Positions 27,601 through 38,633 of a stretch of DNA of 64,000 nt are shown here, piece after piece. Source of the DNA: Lingula anatina. Taxonomy: Eukaryota; Animalia; Brachiopoda. The notes under the pieces were generated by a model. It was given only the letters and a program-made list of their open reading frames with translations, had not been told where the DNA came from and ran no database searches. Each line of letters starts with the position of its first letter. Position 1 is the first letter of the stretch. Location of the stretch: NCBI GenBank assembly GCA_051362555.1, contig CM120640.1, forward strand, positions 3,472,001 to 3,536,000, written 5' to 3'. Both the position numbers and the translations under genes were made by a program.

Positions 27601-29293
27601 CAAATCAAGTTGTGCTCAAATATTTAAAATATTTAAAATAGAGTACATCATTTATAAAAATGCCATTATCACTTGCCTATTTATGCCTCTGTTAGCAGCA
27701 TCAGCAAAGCGCCTCACATCATCATAATCCCTGTTTAGTGGCCCTGTTGGAGCAAAGATCTGGAATCCACAGAATATAAAAATCAAAATTTTATGAAAAA
27801 AGGGAATAAAGAAAAGAAGTAAAATACTGTTAGTTGTTTCTAAATTTGTCCATTTGTATAGCTTGATTATTTCATATAAAATATACTGACACTAAACTAT
27901 TGCCAACTTACTTACTGGCTTATTGATGCAAATAGAAGTAGCTGCTATACCTTTTTTCAATATCATTTACCATCAAAATTTAATTCAACATACTGACCAG
28001 TCTCTTTGATGGCACAACATCTGTCTTGATAAAGTGGACAAAGCCAGGGTTTTCCAGTTTCCCATCCACCTGTAATTGAAAGGAAAATGTAGTTTCTCAA
28101 AATATATAATCTGAATAATTTCTTTAATCTTCAGGAATACTGAAAAAAATGTTTAGTTACACTGCATTAAAATTTTAAAATTCTAAAAATTAGCATTTTA
28201 TAAGTTGTTCACATCTTCTAAACAAAAGGAAAATAAGTGATGCTACAACAACCTTAAATTCTTTTTTGAAACATGTTGCCTATAAAAATGCAACAAATAA
28301 ACCACTAACATGTTCATAATCCTGCAAAACAGCTTTGATGTTTTCAAGGTTGCCAGTCAGTTTGTCAATGCTGTCAGTGACCACCACCACTGCATCATAC
28401 TGGGCATCTGCTACATCAAGACATGGCACCAGGGTGCAGGGAACACTGTGGAGGAATTAACAATAACACCATAATATTAATATCTATAGCTATAATTATA
28501 AATGTGCTGTATACTCAAATGTGATTCAACTGTATTGTACATCAAAATATAAATGGCAGAGCACAAAGAGAGAGAGAGAGAGATGCATCTAAGTTATACC
28601 CAAGGATCACTTGTTGCTGTAATATGCCAAGTAAGAATGGAGATAGGGGTGATGCAAATCAACAGAACAGTATACCTTGCTTCATTTTTATAGAGTCACA
28701 ATTTAGGACAAATTATTACTCATCTGTCACCGATTTTACGTCTGTTTGTTTTATTCAGGATAAAACATACAGCAGTTTGAGAGATTAACTAATACAGCTT
28801 TGTGCAGAAATTTTGGACACGCATTATCATTATGTAATCAAACTACATGCGTGGGTAAATACAGTAACGTTAAACCGTTCAAACATCAAAAAGTAAATAT
28901 CAAATTTTAAATTGTTGCAGTGCTTACACAACACGTAGGACAGGAAGAAATATTCTGTTCAATTAAAAAAAGTTAAGTCATAGCAGTAAAAATGGTGAGC
29001 AATTTTCCGAGTAGTTTGTGGCTAGTTTCACTTTCATTTCAGGAGTTATATAATAGAGTCGTTTCAGATATCGCTGACTCATACAAAACAGGTATGCTGT
29101 GGTGCATACATATCGATGTACAGGTGTATTCTATGAAGGCACTCTGCATGGATGTACAAGTTTAACTGACGGATTCCTGAATTAACACCAATTCAAATAA
29201 TGTAACTGATTCTATATACAGTACGTGCTGACATTACTTACGAGGCAAAAGCAACCGTGTTTCCAGCGGCTTCACTTACCGTATGTCTGTCAT
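21616..29293 (-). CDS. M17 family cytosolic leucyl-aminopeptidase-like protein (C. elegans W07G4.4-like), 16 coding exons
   Basis: Approximate exons: 29293-29280, 28445-28312, 28070-27999, 27760-27677, 27435-27326, 26805-26680, 25842-25743, 25058-24983, 24692-24608, 24234-24130, 23770-23696, 23481-23363, 22866-22783, 22477-22370, 22206-22075, 21753-21616. Motifs: RDIGGSDPERM, LVGKGITYDTGGADIK, MHRDKCGAAAV, GNTDAEGRM (M17 signature), IATLTGHA, SHMDIAGS; the metal and catalytic K, D, K, D, D, E, R residues are all present. Confidence 0.92.
27029..27200. mobile_element. MITE-like element, copy 2 (intronic)
   Basis: ggggtagcgctaaca...tgctagtgctacccc TIRs; similar to 8331-8501. Confidence 0.75.
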
Positions 29294-29636
29294 CTTGGAC
29301 ACGACAAGTCATGTGAACAAAGCACTAGCAGATTACAAGTCTTAGGACAATAATAAAGGCACACTCATTTGTCAAATTTTAAGGACAAAATTTACTTTTT
29401 TCATTTAAAACAAGATATCCAACTATTTCAGTCAATATTTCTTTTTCTTGGGACATGTATGAGCCAAATACAAAGTTTTATTAATATGCATTATTCATAT
29501 TGTAATAAAACCTTGAAACCCGAGACAATCAGGAAAATTAGGTCATTGTAAATAGGTCAGGGTTGGAAGGTTTGGAGGCGTACCAAGATAACAAATAAGA
29601 GTACTGCTTAGCTATCTACGACCAAAGTGCATTTAT
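29294..29636. promoter_or_regulatory. Probable bidirectional promoter between the aminopeptidase and FAHD2
   Basis: Divergent start codons at 29293 (-) and 29637/29703 (+) are only ~340-410 bp apart. Confidence 0.65.
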
Positions 29637-32600
29637 ATGCGGTTTAATGTACTGTTAGATGTCCGCCGCATAGCTTGTCATTTACATCGATCTTTCCAAA
29701 CAATGAGATTCGTGCAATTTGAAGAAGGTGGCCGCCGCAGGGTAGGAGTTGAGAAGGAGGATGGGGGAGACGTCGTGGATCTTTCTGCATTTGACAAGAA
29801 TATTCCCACAGACATGAGAAGTTTCCTGGAGGGAGGACAACCTATGATCCAAGCTGCAAAGAGGTTAGTTATAGTTGTTGACAAATATAGTCTTAACTGC
29901 AAAATAGAAGATGTATTGGCAGAGCAATCCTACCGGTACAACAGGTGACAGAAAGATTACTGGTATTTATACAGAACAGGTCTAGGGTAGTTTATATGGA
30001 TTGGATATTATTTAACAAATATTACCGGTATATTTGATATAACAGATATCTTTTAATTACATATTACAGCTACGGTGCACTTAATATTTGAACTTAAGTT
30101 TTGCATGTTGGGAAGTTCCCAAAAACACAAAACATACTGTATACCACTTTGTCATTTGTCAGTGTGTTTGTCTTTAGCGTATGTCTTTGGTTATACTGTA
30201 GGTATTACTGGTATATACACACTGCAATTATCATCTTGAATTGACTTGAAATTAAGTTATGTTTTGCATTCTAGTGCTGTTGAAAGTGGCAATTCTTCTC
30301 TGATACTGAAGAGAGACAGTGTCAAGCTGCTGGCACCTGTCACCAACCCAGACAAGGTGCTCTGTGTGGGTATGAACTATGTGGACCACTGTGCAGAGCA
30401 GAACCAGCCTGTACCCACAGAACCTGTGCTGTTCAGCAAGTTCCCCAGCACCATTATAGCATCAGGGGATGATCTACAGTATCCTGAAGAAACACAGGTA
30501 TTTATTATGTATTTAATTTGTAGGCCCCGTTTATGTGGACACTGCCATAGAATCTGCATACGTATGGTCCAACTTATGTTTGTTATTAAAAAATTTCAAC
30601 TTCACCTAGCTAAACACAGTCACAAGCAATATGCACATGATTTTCCAAGAACTTTATTTGATAAAAAGTACTGGCATTGGCAGTGCTAGTATTTAAAATA
30701 CCTATAGGAATATATCTGATTAAAAATTGATCAGATATCTAATAAGACACTTACTGATGCCTCCGTATTCAGTTTGAACATGTATACAGACATATCCTGA
30801 TATACAAACATTTAATTTGTGAATACTATCATAGCATGTAATAGTGACCCTGGGGTATAGGGGTGCTACAACCTTAGATAATAAGGATTGCATAAATATG
30901 ATTATCTAAAACATGTGATCTCTTATTTTTATTAGTGAAGTTAAACTAATCTAGTAAAAACCAAATTCTGATCTTTTTAAAACCAAATGGCTATAAATAT
31001 TAGATACATAATGGACAGAAAATGTAAATTGCTGTTCAGACTTCTTTTGACATTGCATTTCTTTGTACTCTGATCTTTGTTTTGAACTGGGTCAAACACT
31101 CTGGTGCATATGAAGCACCTGCACTGTTTTCCTGGTATAGATAACTTAACTGAGTGACTGTACTACTTCATCCCTGCTTTTCTTTTTTTTTTTAGGAATT
31201 GGACTGGGAAGTTGAAATGGTTATTGTTATTGGAAAGGGTGGAAAGAAAATTAGTGTAGGTAACAAAATATGTGAGGATGTGGAGATTATTATATTAAAA
31301 AATAACAAACTAAACTTGAATTTTTCAGTGCTGAGGGATTTATCATGAAATCAGCTGTACTTGAGTTTTGTCAATGTTTTATCATTTCAAGGAAAATGAG
31401 GCAATGAGTCATGTGTTTGGGTACACTGTGGCACATGATGTGAGCGCTCGTGACTGGCAGATGAGGCGTAATGGAGGGCAGTACCTGGTTGGGAAGTCCA
31501 TGGATTGCTTCTGTCCTCTTGGACCTGCCATTGTCATGAAAGAGGATCTGAGCGGTAAGTGACACGACTAGTGACTGATGATTAGATTTTATTTATTCAT
31601 TTTAAATCAATTTTCCATTGTCTTTTTTTCTATTTTTTTTATTTATTATGTGAAGATGTGGTGATACTTGAGGATGTGTAGTAACCCTGATTTGGCTTCA
31701 TTGGTTGAGATTGCTACAGTTGCACATCTCAACTAACACAATGCAGACAGACTGGAGGATTAGGTCCTGGAAATTCTTTGCCCATTTACTTTATTAATAG
31801 ACTTATTTTCATTGTTTATACAGATTATATAAATTACTTTTTTGAAAATAGTTTGTTTACAGAAGTGATAAATATTAAACATAATTAAAAATCAATACTG
31901 CTGTATCAATGATAAAAATTGAAAATTTAAAGATTTCTTAGATTTCATCTTTTGCATCTTTCTGAAGTTATGCTGGACGTAAAGAAAATTCTTATTCCTT
32001 ATTATTAGTCCTTATTTATGATCGCATTATTTGACAGAAATATGAAATTATCATTTAATTTTTCATTTTTCATTATAAAGAATGTGGCTTGGTTGTGTTT
32101 CAGATCCACATAATCTTGGCCTCAGATGCAGAGTGAATGGAGTTACAAAACAAGATAGCAACACAAAGAACCTGGTCTTTAAAACAGAAAGTATTATAGC
32201 TTTTGTATCGAGGTAGGTACAGTTATCTTTTTGATCATTATTATTTACATTATTATTATTATTTTCTTCCTATTTTGGTTCTTTATTTCATTCTTTAGGC
32301 AGTTTGATAACCTGATTTCTAATCTATCCAATATTAGATGTCCTGGTTGGAGAGCATTTTTTTGGTTCTTTTTCTGATATCATTTTGGATTAACCTGTCA
32401 CTGTGTTGTCTTTATCTATGTAGGTTGTTCACTTTAAAGGCAGGTGATATCATCTTGACAGGAACGCCACCTGGTGTGGGGTGCTTCAGGAAACCTCCAG
32501 AATATTTAAAGGCAAGTTAGTTCTTTTACTAAAATAAATATTAATTTTTCATTGTCTTATTTTAATTAATTTTATTACTATTTTATTATTTTATTTTTTT

Positions 32601-32945
32601 AAATACAAAAACAAAGAAAGGACACAAAATATCACATTATGCTGTGCTTATAAAGTTGACTTTGTTGTTCATTTTGTATGGTGTTATTTTTATATCTGGC
32701 ACAATCTTTCAATTAGTCTTATATGAGTTATTTTGACACCATGAGAGTATGAGGTTATGCTGCTCATAATTTCTGTAATTCTTGTTGTATATAGTATAAT
32801 CCTTGTTTTATATTGTATAATTTTTTGTTTAATATTGTGTAATCCTTGTTTTATATTGTATAATCCTTGTTTTATATTGTAGAGAGGTGATGTGGTGGAG
32901 GTGGAGGTAGATCAGATTGGAAAAGTAGTCAACAAAGTGGTGTAG
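29637..32945 (+). CDS. FAHD2: Fumarylacetoacetate hydrolase domain-containing protein 2, 7 exons (29637-29863, 30275-30497, 31196-31255, 31392-31554, 32104-32212, 32424-32511, 32883-32945)
   Basis: [95 protein letters not shown]; all splice phases consistent; AATAAA at 33201. Confidence 0.93.
32795..32880. repeat. ~21-22 bp tandem repeat (tataatccttgttttatattg) x ~4 abutting the last FAHD2 acceptor
   Basis: Directly visible imperfect copies ending at tgtAG 32882. Confidence 0.8.
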
Positions 32946-33085
32946 CCTGTCAGCACATTCCAGGTGACCTTGAACTGTCACTGCTAATCAGAGATAATTC
33001 CTAAGTGATTATAATTTGCCATATGACCTATGCACATCTGTGTACATTATGGATAGATACATACTCAACATGATGGGATCTAAAT

Positions 33086-33150
33086 TAATAATGTCTATGG
33101 GAGTACACGCAGAATCTTAATAATGTCTATGGGAGTACACGCAGAATCTA
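33086..33150. repeat. 32-bp perfect tandem duplication in the FAHD2 3' UTR
   Basis: taataatgtctatgggagtacacgcagaatct x2. Confidence 0.9.
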
Positions 33151-33214
33151 ACCAAGTCAGTGCAATGCATCATGATAAACAGTTCAGGTGCTGTGTATGT
33201 AATAAAAATTAAAT

Positions 33215-33383
33215 CAGGCCCATAGCCAGGTGGGGTTCGGGGGGTTCGAAAGAACCACCCTTTTTGCTGGAGAAAGGTCCACTCTTGGTAAAATTTGATC
33301 TATGTACTTGAGGATTTTATGGTAAAAGGTCCACTTTTTCAGAAAACGAACCTCCCCCTCTGAAATTGCTGGCTATGGGCCTG
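33215..33383. mobile_element. MITE with 15-bp TIR
   Basis: caggcccatagccag ... ctggctatgggcctg; flanked on both sides by taaat (possible 5-bp TSD). Confidence 0.85.
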
Positions 33384-34818
33384 TAAATGCATGGTGATTT
33401 TTTCTTGTGTCAAAATAAAGTGATTTAAGTTGAGTGTAATTTAATTATTTTCATATCTTTTAAGATAGATTGTGTCAATTGTTTTAAATTGTTATTTCAT
33501 AAGTATATCTGTACGGATATGCTGTATAATATGGTCATTTTGATAGGGATGTAACTCATTGTTAAATGTTTACACTTTAAAGTATATTCAAATTTGTAAA
33601 ATGATCAGAATACATGATGTGTTAACTTGTTAAGTTGCAGTTTTTATTAAAGTTTGGAATATATTTGTCTGTAACAACGACTATGTACGTTATCATCATC
33701 CAAGGATTTGCAACTGTGGATAAAATGGTACAAATCGGATACTAGTTCGTTTATGTTTATTCTTTCCCTCCACAGCTTATTGTCAATATATATAGTTAGA
33801 CATGTAGACAAGCATTGTGCCTTTTGTTCGTATATTAAAAAAACTACACCACATGTTACGTGTGTGGCAAAAAAACAGCTTTTAGTTTTTAGATGTATTT
33901 TAGAAATGGTTTACGAATTCGGAAGCTACATGTAGGTTCTGCCAGTCCCATTTCAATTTTCCGCTAAGTTGTCTATTAGTTTTAGGTCGCTTAACGCAGA
34001 GAATCCCCCGTCACATGTTTAATGCTTAATGAACATCGATTTACCTTAACTCATTATCAAATACCACTGATAGTGATTCCGTTACTCACTTTTTGTTGCT
34101 GGATGAAATGCCGAAGGTGAGATGCACGGTATGGACACTTTATATGATGAGATCCAGATAAGCTGCTGCTTTGTGTATTCTGTGCTCATTAAACGTATCA
34201 ATATGACAGGCGGTATTAATACCCCACCTTTTACAAATATTTTACTTTTTTGCAAGTTTATAAAATAATTTTAAAAAAAGCATTGAAAAAATCAAGTACG
34301 TTAACATTTCATATTAAAATATAGCTTCTTTATAAATGTTTTTTGCCGCTCTACAACCTGCTTCATGCTGAAGTATATAGAATTGGCCAAATCATGATAA
34401 AATGTTACATCCTGACTCAAAAACGCATAAGTAATATTAAGGTGTTATTTTACTCGCAAATACGGTTGTTTAGGTTTAATTAAAAGATAAAATGCGATTT
34501 ACATTAATCACTGTTGAAACAAACTTCTTTCTTTTCATTATTTTTAAACCGTTGAATAGACCTATTTTGACAAAATTTGATTTTCTACTTGACAGTTTTT
34601 TGTACATGATTCGTAAGTGAACCGCAATTTAGTCAAATGAAATATAATTAAATCCAACAATAGGGTTAGCAGTTCAATTTACAGTTGTTGTGTGTTTACC
34701 TATTGTGAGACCCGTTTTGGCAAGCATCCCGTTGCGTTTATTTACTGCATGTTACATTTCAATTCTAATATAAATTAATGATTTTAAATAACTTTATGTA
34801 GAACATGCACATCTTATA

Positions 34819-35916
34819 TCAGCTGAAAACTTCAGAATCAACGTCCTTGGGGTTGTTGTTATTGTTTCCACTGTCACTGTTATTGTCTACATTGGATTCA
34901 TTGGCAAGCTGTTCTTTCGTTTCCTCCAGAATTGCGCACTCCACACTGTCTGTCCTAGGCTTCCTGGGTCTCACAGACACCGGACTGTTGTCGACTTGCC
35001 GTTCCTCGAGCCATTTCATCACCCGCGTGTCTACAGGCGAGTCCGGTTCCTCCGCCGGCTTTTTCTCGGTCTGTAAGGACTGTAATAGTACCAAATTTTT
35101 CTCTGTCAAGGCTAAGGGGCCCTCCGTCCTAGGCAATCTGGAATTGTCATTATCATAATCCACGACGTATGTGTCTATAAAAGAGACGTTAGGACGGTCG
35201 TTAAATGTCACAGTTTTCGTCTCCTTTCCGGTGAACGCTATATTAGTCCTAGGCAAAGTTCGGTAAATGTTAAAAGTAGACGTCTGGTCATTTTTTCCGT
35301 CTGACTGACCAGTCCGTTTTGCCAACTCGTTTCCTTTACTTTCTACAAACCCTGTAGAATAGTTAACGCTATTTGCCGCGGCCAGCTCCTCGATGGGAGA
35401 GTTATTGAGGCGACGTTGTGAATTCGGAAAAGAACTGGACGAAATTCTCGCTGGTCTTAGTTCAAACCCATCGGACCGGTACTGGCCGTGCGTCCTGGAG
35501 GTGACCAGACGCGACGTGGGTAAGGGATCCCTGCCTTCCGCCTCACGTCGCGCTACTTCTCCAGGTAGGGACGCTGAGCGTCTCAGTTCTCTGTTAAATC
35601 TCTGTCCTCTGTCTTTGTGGCTAGCAGAGTGTGGAACGGACCTGCCGTTAATGATAGGTGGAAACTGCTGTTCAGAGGACACGGACTTTGGGTGTCCTTT
35701 AGAATCGTGTAAATAGGTCTTGTTATGTCTCCAGCTGTTGAATTCCGCCACCGTGTGTGCTCTGCGCAGGACCTGGGGCACCGGCTTCTCCTTCACTTCC
35801 ACCACAGCAATGCGTCCACCCTGCTGGACAGCGGCCATCATGTCAAAGTTGGGGTCAGAGGTAGACTTGTGAAGTTGCCGCTGAACCAGCCTTTTATACG
35901 CCCTTTCCTTGTTCAT
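34819..35916 (-). CDS. Uncharacterised low-complexity Ser/Arg-rich protein (orphan A, at least 365 aa)
   Basis: Long ORF in a GC-elevated island; no recognisable domain. The frame stays open 50 codons upstream, to a TGA at 36069-36067. Confidence 0.75.
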   Translation of the reverse strand: MNKERAYKRLVQRQLHKSTSDPNFDMMAAVQQGGRIAVVEVKEKPVPQVLRRAHTVAEFNSWRHNKTYLHDSKGHPKSVSSEQQFPPIINGRSVPHSASHKDRGQRFNRELRRSASLPGEVARREAEGRDPLPTSRLVTSRTHGQYRSDGFELRPARISSSSFPNSQRRLNNSPIEELAAANSVNYSTGFVESKGNELAKRTGQSDGKNDQTSTFNIYRTLPRTNIAFTGKETKTVTFNDRPNVSFIDTYVVDYDNDNSRLPRTEGPLALTEKNLVLLQSLQTEKKPAEEPDSPVDTRVMKWLEERQVDNSPVSVRPRKPRTDSVECAILEETKEQLANESNVDNNSDSGNNNNNPKDVDSEVFS

Positions 35917-36534
35917 GATTGTCTCCTTATGATCGCGACCCCCCAGGTCTGCCGTTATCCACCAGTTAACACGACTGTCAGCGTCATCTTCTTCAACTTT
36001 TTTGATGAAAATCGCGTCGCTATCGCCGTGTGTTGAGTCAGTGTTGCCCCTGTGGTCTGTAAATGTTCACCTCCCATCAACAGGCTGCATGACTGAAACT
36101 GTTACAAAACGAAATTGAACAAAATCACAATAAACAAATTCTCTCGCACCTGTGAACATTTAATAAGGAAATCCAAGTTATAGCTCCCTCTGGTCTAAAG
36201 TTGAACAAACACTGCACGGAGACAATGCCAACATAAACACGGGGTCCTTTGATGGGAGCACATACGAAATGAACCTGTAAACTAAGTTCGTTTATGTATT
36301 TTGGAATTGACTGATAAGTGGAGATCAATGGGTTAAGAACCTGTGCTCATTATAAGAACTGCCTATTGATAAACTGTCAAAACTTTAACTTTTTTTCAAC
36401 ATTCAAGGTCAGTCTGATTTAATTGTATTTTTTAAGAAAAAAATGACCTACTAACGGTGTCAATTTGAAAAATTAAAAATCTGAATTGCTTGCGCATAAG
36501 CTTAATTATGCAATTCCTTTTTGTGAGATCGACT

Positions 36535-36536
<2 letters not shown>

Positions 36537-36602
<66 letters not shown>

Positions 36603-36647
36603 ACGTAAACATACACACACGCAAACACATACACACACACACACACA
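36537..36647. repeat. (TC)n(AC)n microsatellite
   Basis: Directly visible. Confidence 0.95.
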
Positions 36648-38585
36648 TTTAATCGGAAAACCGACGTAATATTTACTAACCTTGCAATTTTATTAGTTTT
36701 GTCTGCCTGCCTTAGGTTCGCACTGCCCCATGGAAATGAGTATGAATATCAAGCTGTCGCTTTAAATGCCTTGCTCAACAAATGACCTGCATTCCTGATC
36801 CATTCACCTTTAAGTTACCCCTCAAAGTGAAAACGTTTGTTGTTTTTTTGTCCCATGCTTGTCCCCCTTCAACGGGTACTTAACTGTTTAAATACAGAAT
36901 GTCGCGAAACTTTGTTCCCACTGTGACAAATGGACTTGCTTTCAAAGTGTTTTATTCACGTTAAAAATGCTTCCGTATCATGGCGTAACCTTAAAATAAA
37001 TTTTGCTTTTGGAGTTGTTTGCTTATAAACGGGAGTACCATGCGTTAGTGTGTTAGCATTGAATTGTGGAAAAAAAATGGCGATAGTGATTTGAATATCA
37101 AAACAATGCGCGAGTTAGCGTTTCGATTCTGTATAGTCATCTAGCTGTATTTTCATTAAAACTTGGCACTGACGTTGGTTTATCAAAACAGAAATACAAA
37201 ACCATAAACTTTGATTTGACAAGTTCTAACACTGAGCAGAAATTGTTTCTGGCAAAATTTCGCAAATAAAAAAGCAGGTATCACATTCAACACGTTCTGG
37301 TGGATGAAATAAGTTAAAAAAGAGTATTTCGACTAAAGACTTATTTTCTTTTTTGTGTCAGACTATGATATATTAAATTTATAAATATAAACTTTTGAAT
37401 ACCTAAATATTGCATACTATTTTGATGGCGCAGGCAGTTAGTAAATTTTGTGTATGAAAATAACGGCAATCAAGGAAGGGACATTCCTACTATTTTCAAA
37501 CTTTCTTTAAATTAATTTTTTTCTCTTATTTTATTTCATTTCAATTTATTGCATTTTATTTCCTTTCCCTTTTTTTTTTTCGGGAGCGCGAATAGCACTT
37601 GCAGTATTTGTTATTCAGAAGAGTATAATTTACAAACGGTGCGCAGTCTGCTTTCAATGCAAACGCTTAGCGAAGAGATTAAAACCCCTATTCAAATTGC
37701 CATTTACAGTTACACAAACTCTCTATACAGCCGAAACGCAAATTCCCATTGACTGCCAGTTGGTATTGTGCCCATACAACAACGGAGCGTGGCGGGTTTT
37801 ATTGTTCAAAGAAGAAATTTGACCCTGAACGCTGCTGTATGATTTTCACGCAGAAATGATCAATTCCTTGGCAACAACAAACGGCCGCCATTACTGCTTC
37901 CTGTGAAAGGCAGCCATGGAGAGAAGATAATTCATAGAAGAAGAAGAGCTTCGTAGATCTATTATTAGGTGAGTATAGAAAATAAGGGCCCTAACGACTG
38001 GTTTGTGTTGATTGATGGTCGGAGCGTAATTCTTATAGGTTCAATCTGACCATGAGACTTGCTTGGTAATGTAAGCGTAGACGTACCATGTAACCGGTAC
38101 TGAAGTCTGATTGCCGAACAGTGATTTTAAAAGGTCTGTTCAGTGTTTGATCTGATTTTTATGTGATCGAAGCAATAAGATCGATAAATTTTACAGGTGG
38201 AGAATTACACAACTGACTTTGAACTGACTAGCGTATTGATACCTTGACGGTTCAATGACGCTAATAATTGACTTCTGAAACCCCTGTCTCCCTCTAAACC
38301 AATGTAATGTGTTGTGCTCTTTGAGGTGACCTTTTAAACTTAAAAGTTAAACTTTAAAGAATGGGGTTAAGTCTATTTCAATTCTTCAATAAACAACACG
38401 AATTTATATAACAGCTATGTTTTTGAACTGAAATAACAAAGAAGTAAATTACACGTGAAATTCTGTTGAAAAGAACAAAGACTGTGCGCAGGATGCTGCT
38501 AGGGAAAATGCAGTTAGTAACAGTTAAAAAGTAACAAACGCCGGTGGCAGGTGCAGGGGACTCGGCATCAGAGCAGGCATCTGCC

Positions 38586-38633
38586 ATGGCTTTGGGGGAA
38601 GACTTTCAGCTTCCTCCCATAAATCTAGACAAG
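38586..38633 (+). CDS. Candidate first coding exon of orphan B (MALGEDFQLPPINLDK)
   Basis: Strong Kozak context gccATGG and donor AAG|gtagga in phase 0, matching the phase-0 acceptor at 42498. Confidence 0.45.

Noticed and set aside
34805-36036. Plus-strand ORFs opposite orphan A (and similar antisense ORFs over other genes)
   Set aside because: Shadow ORFs expected opposite GC-richer coding sequence.
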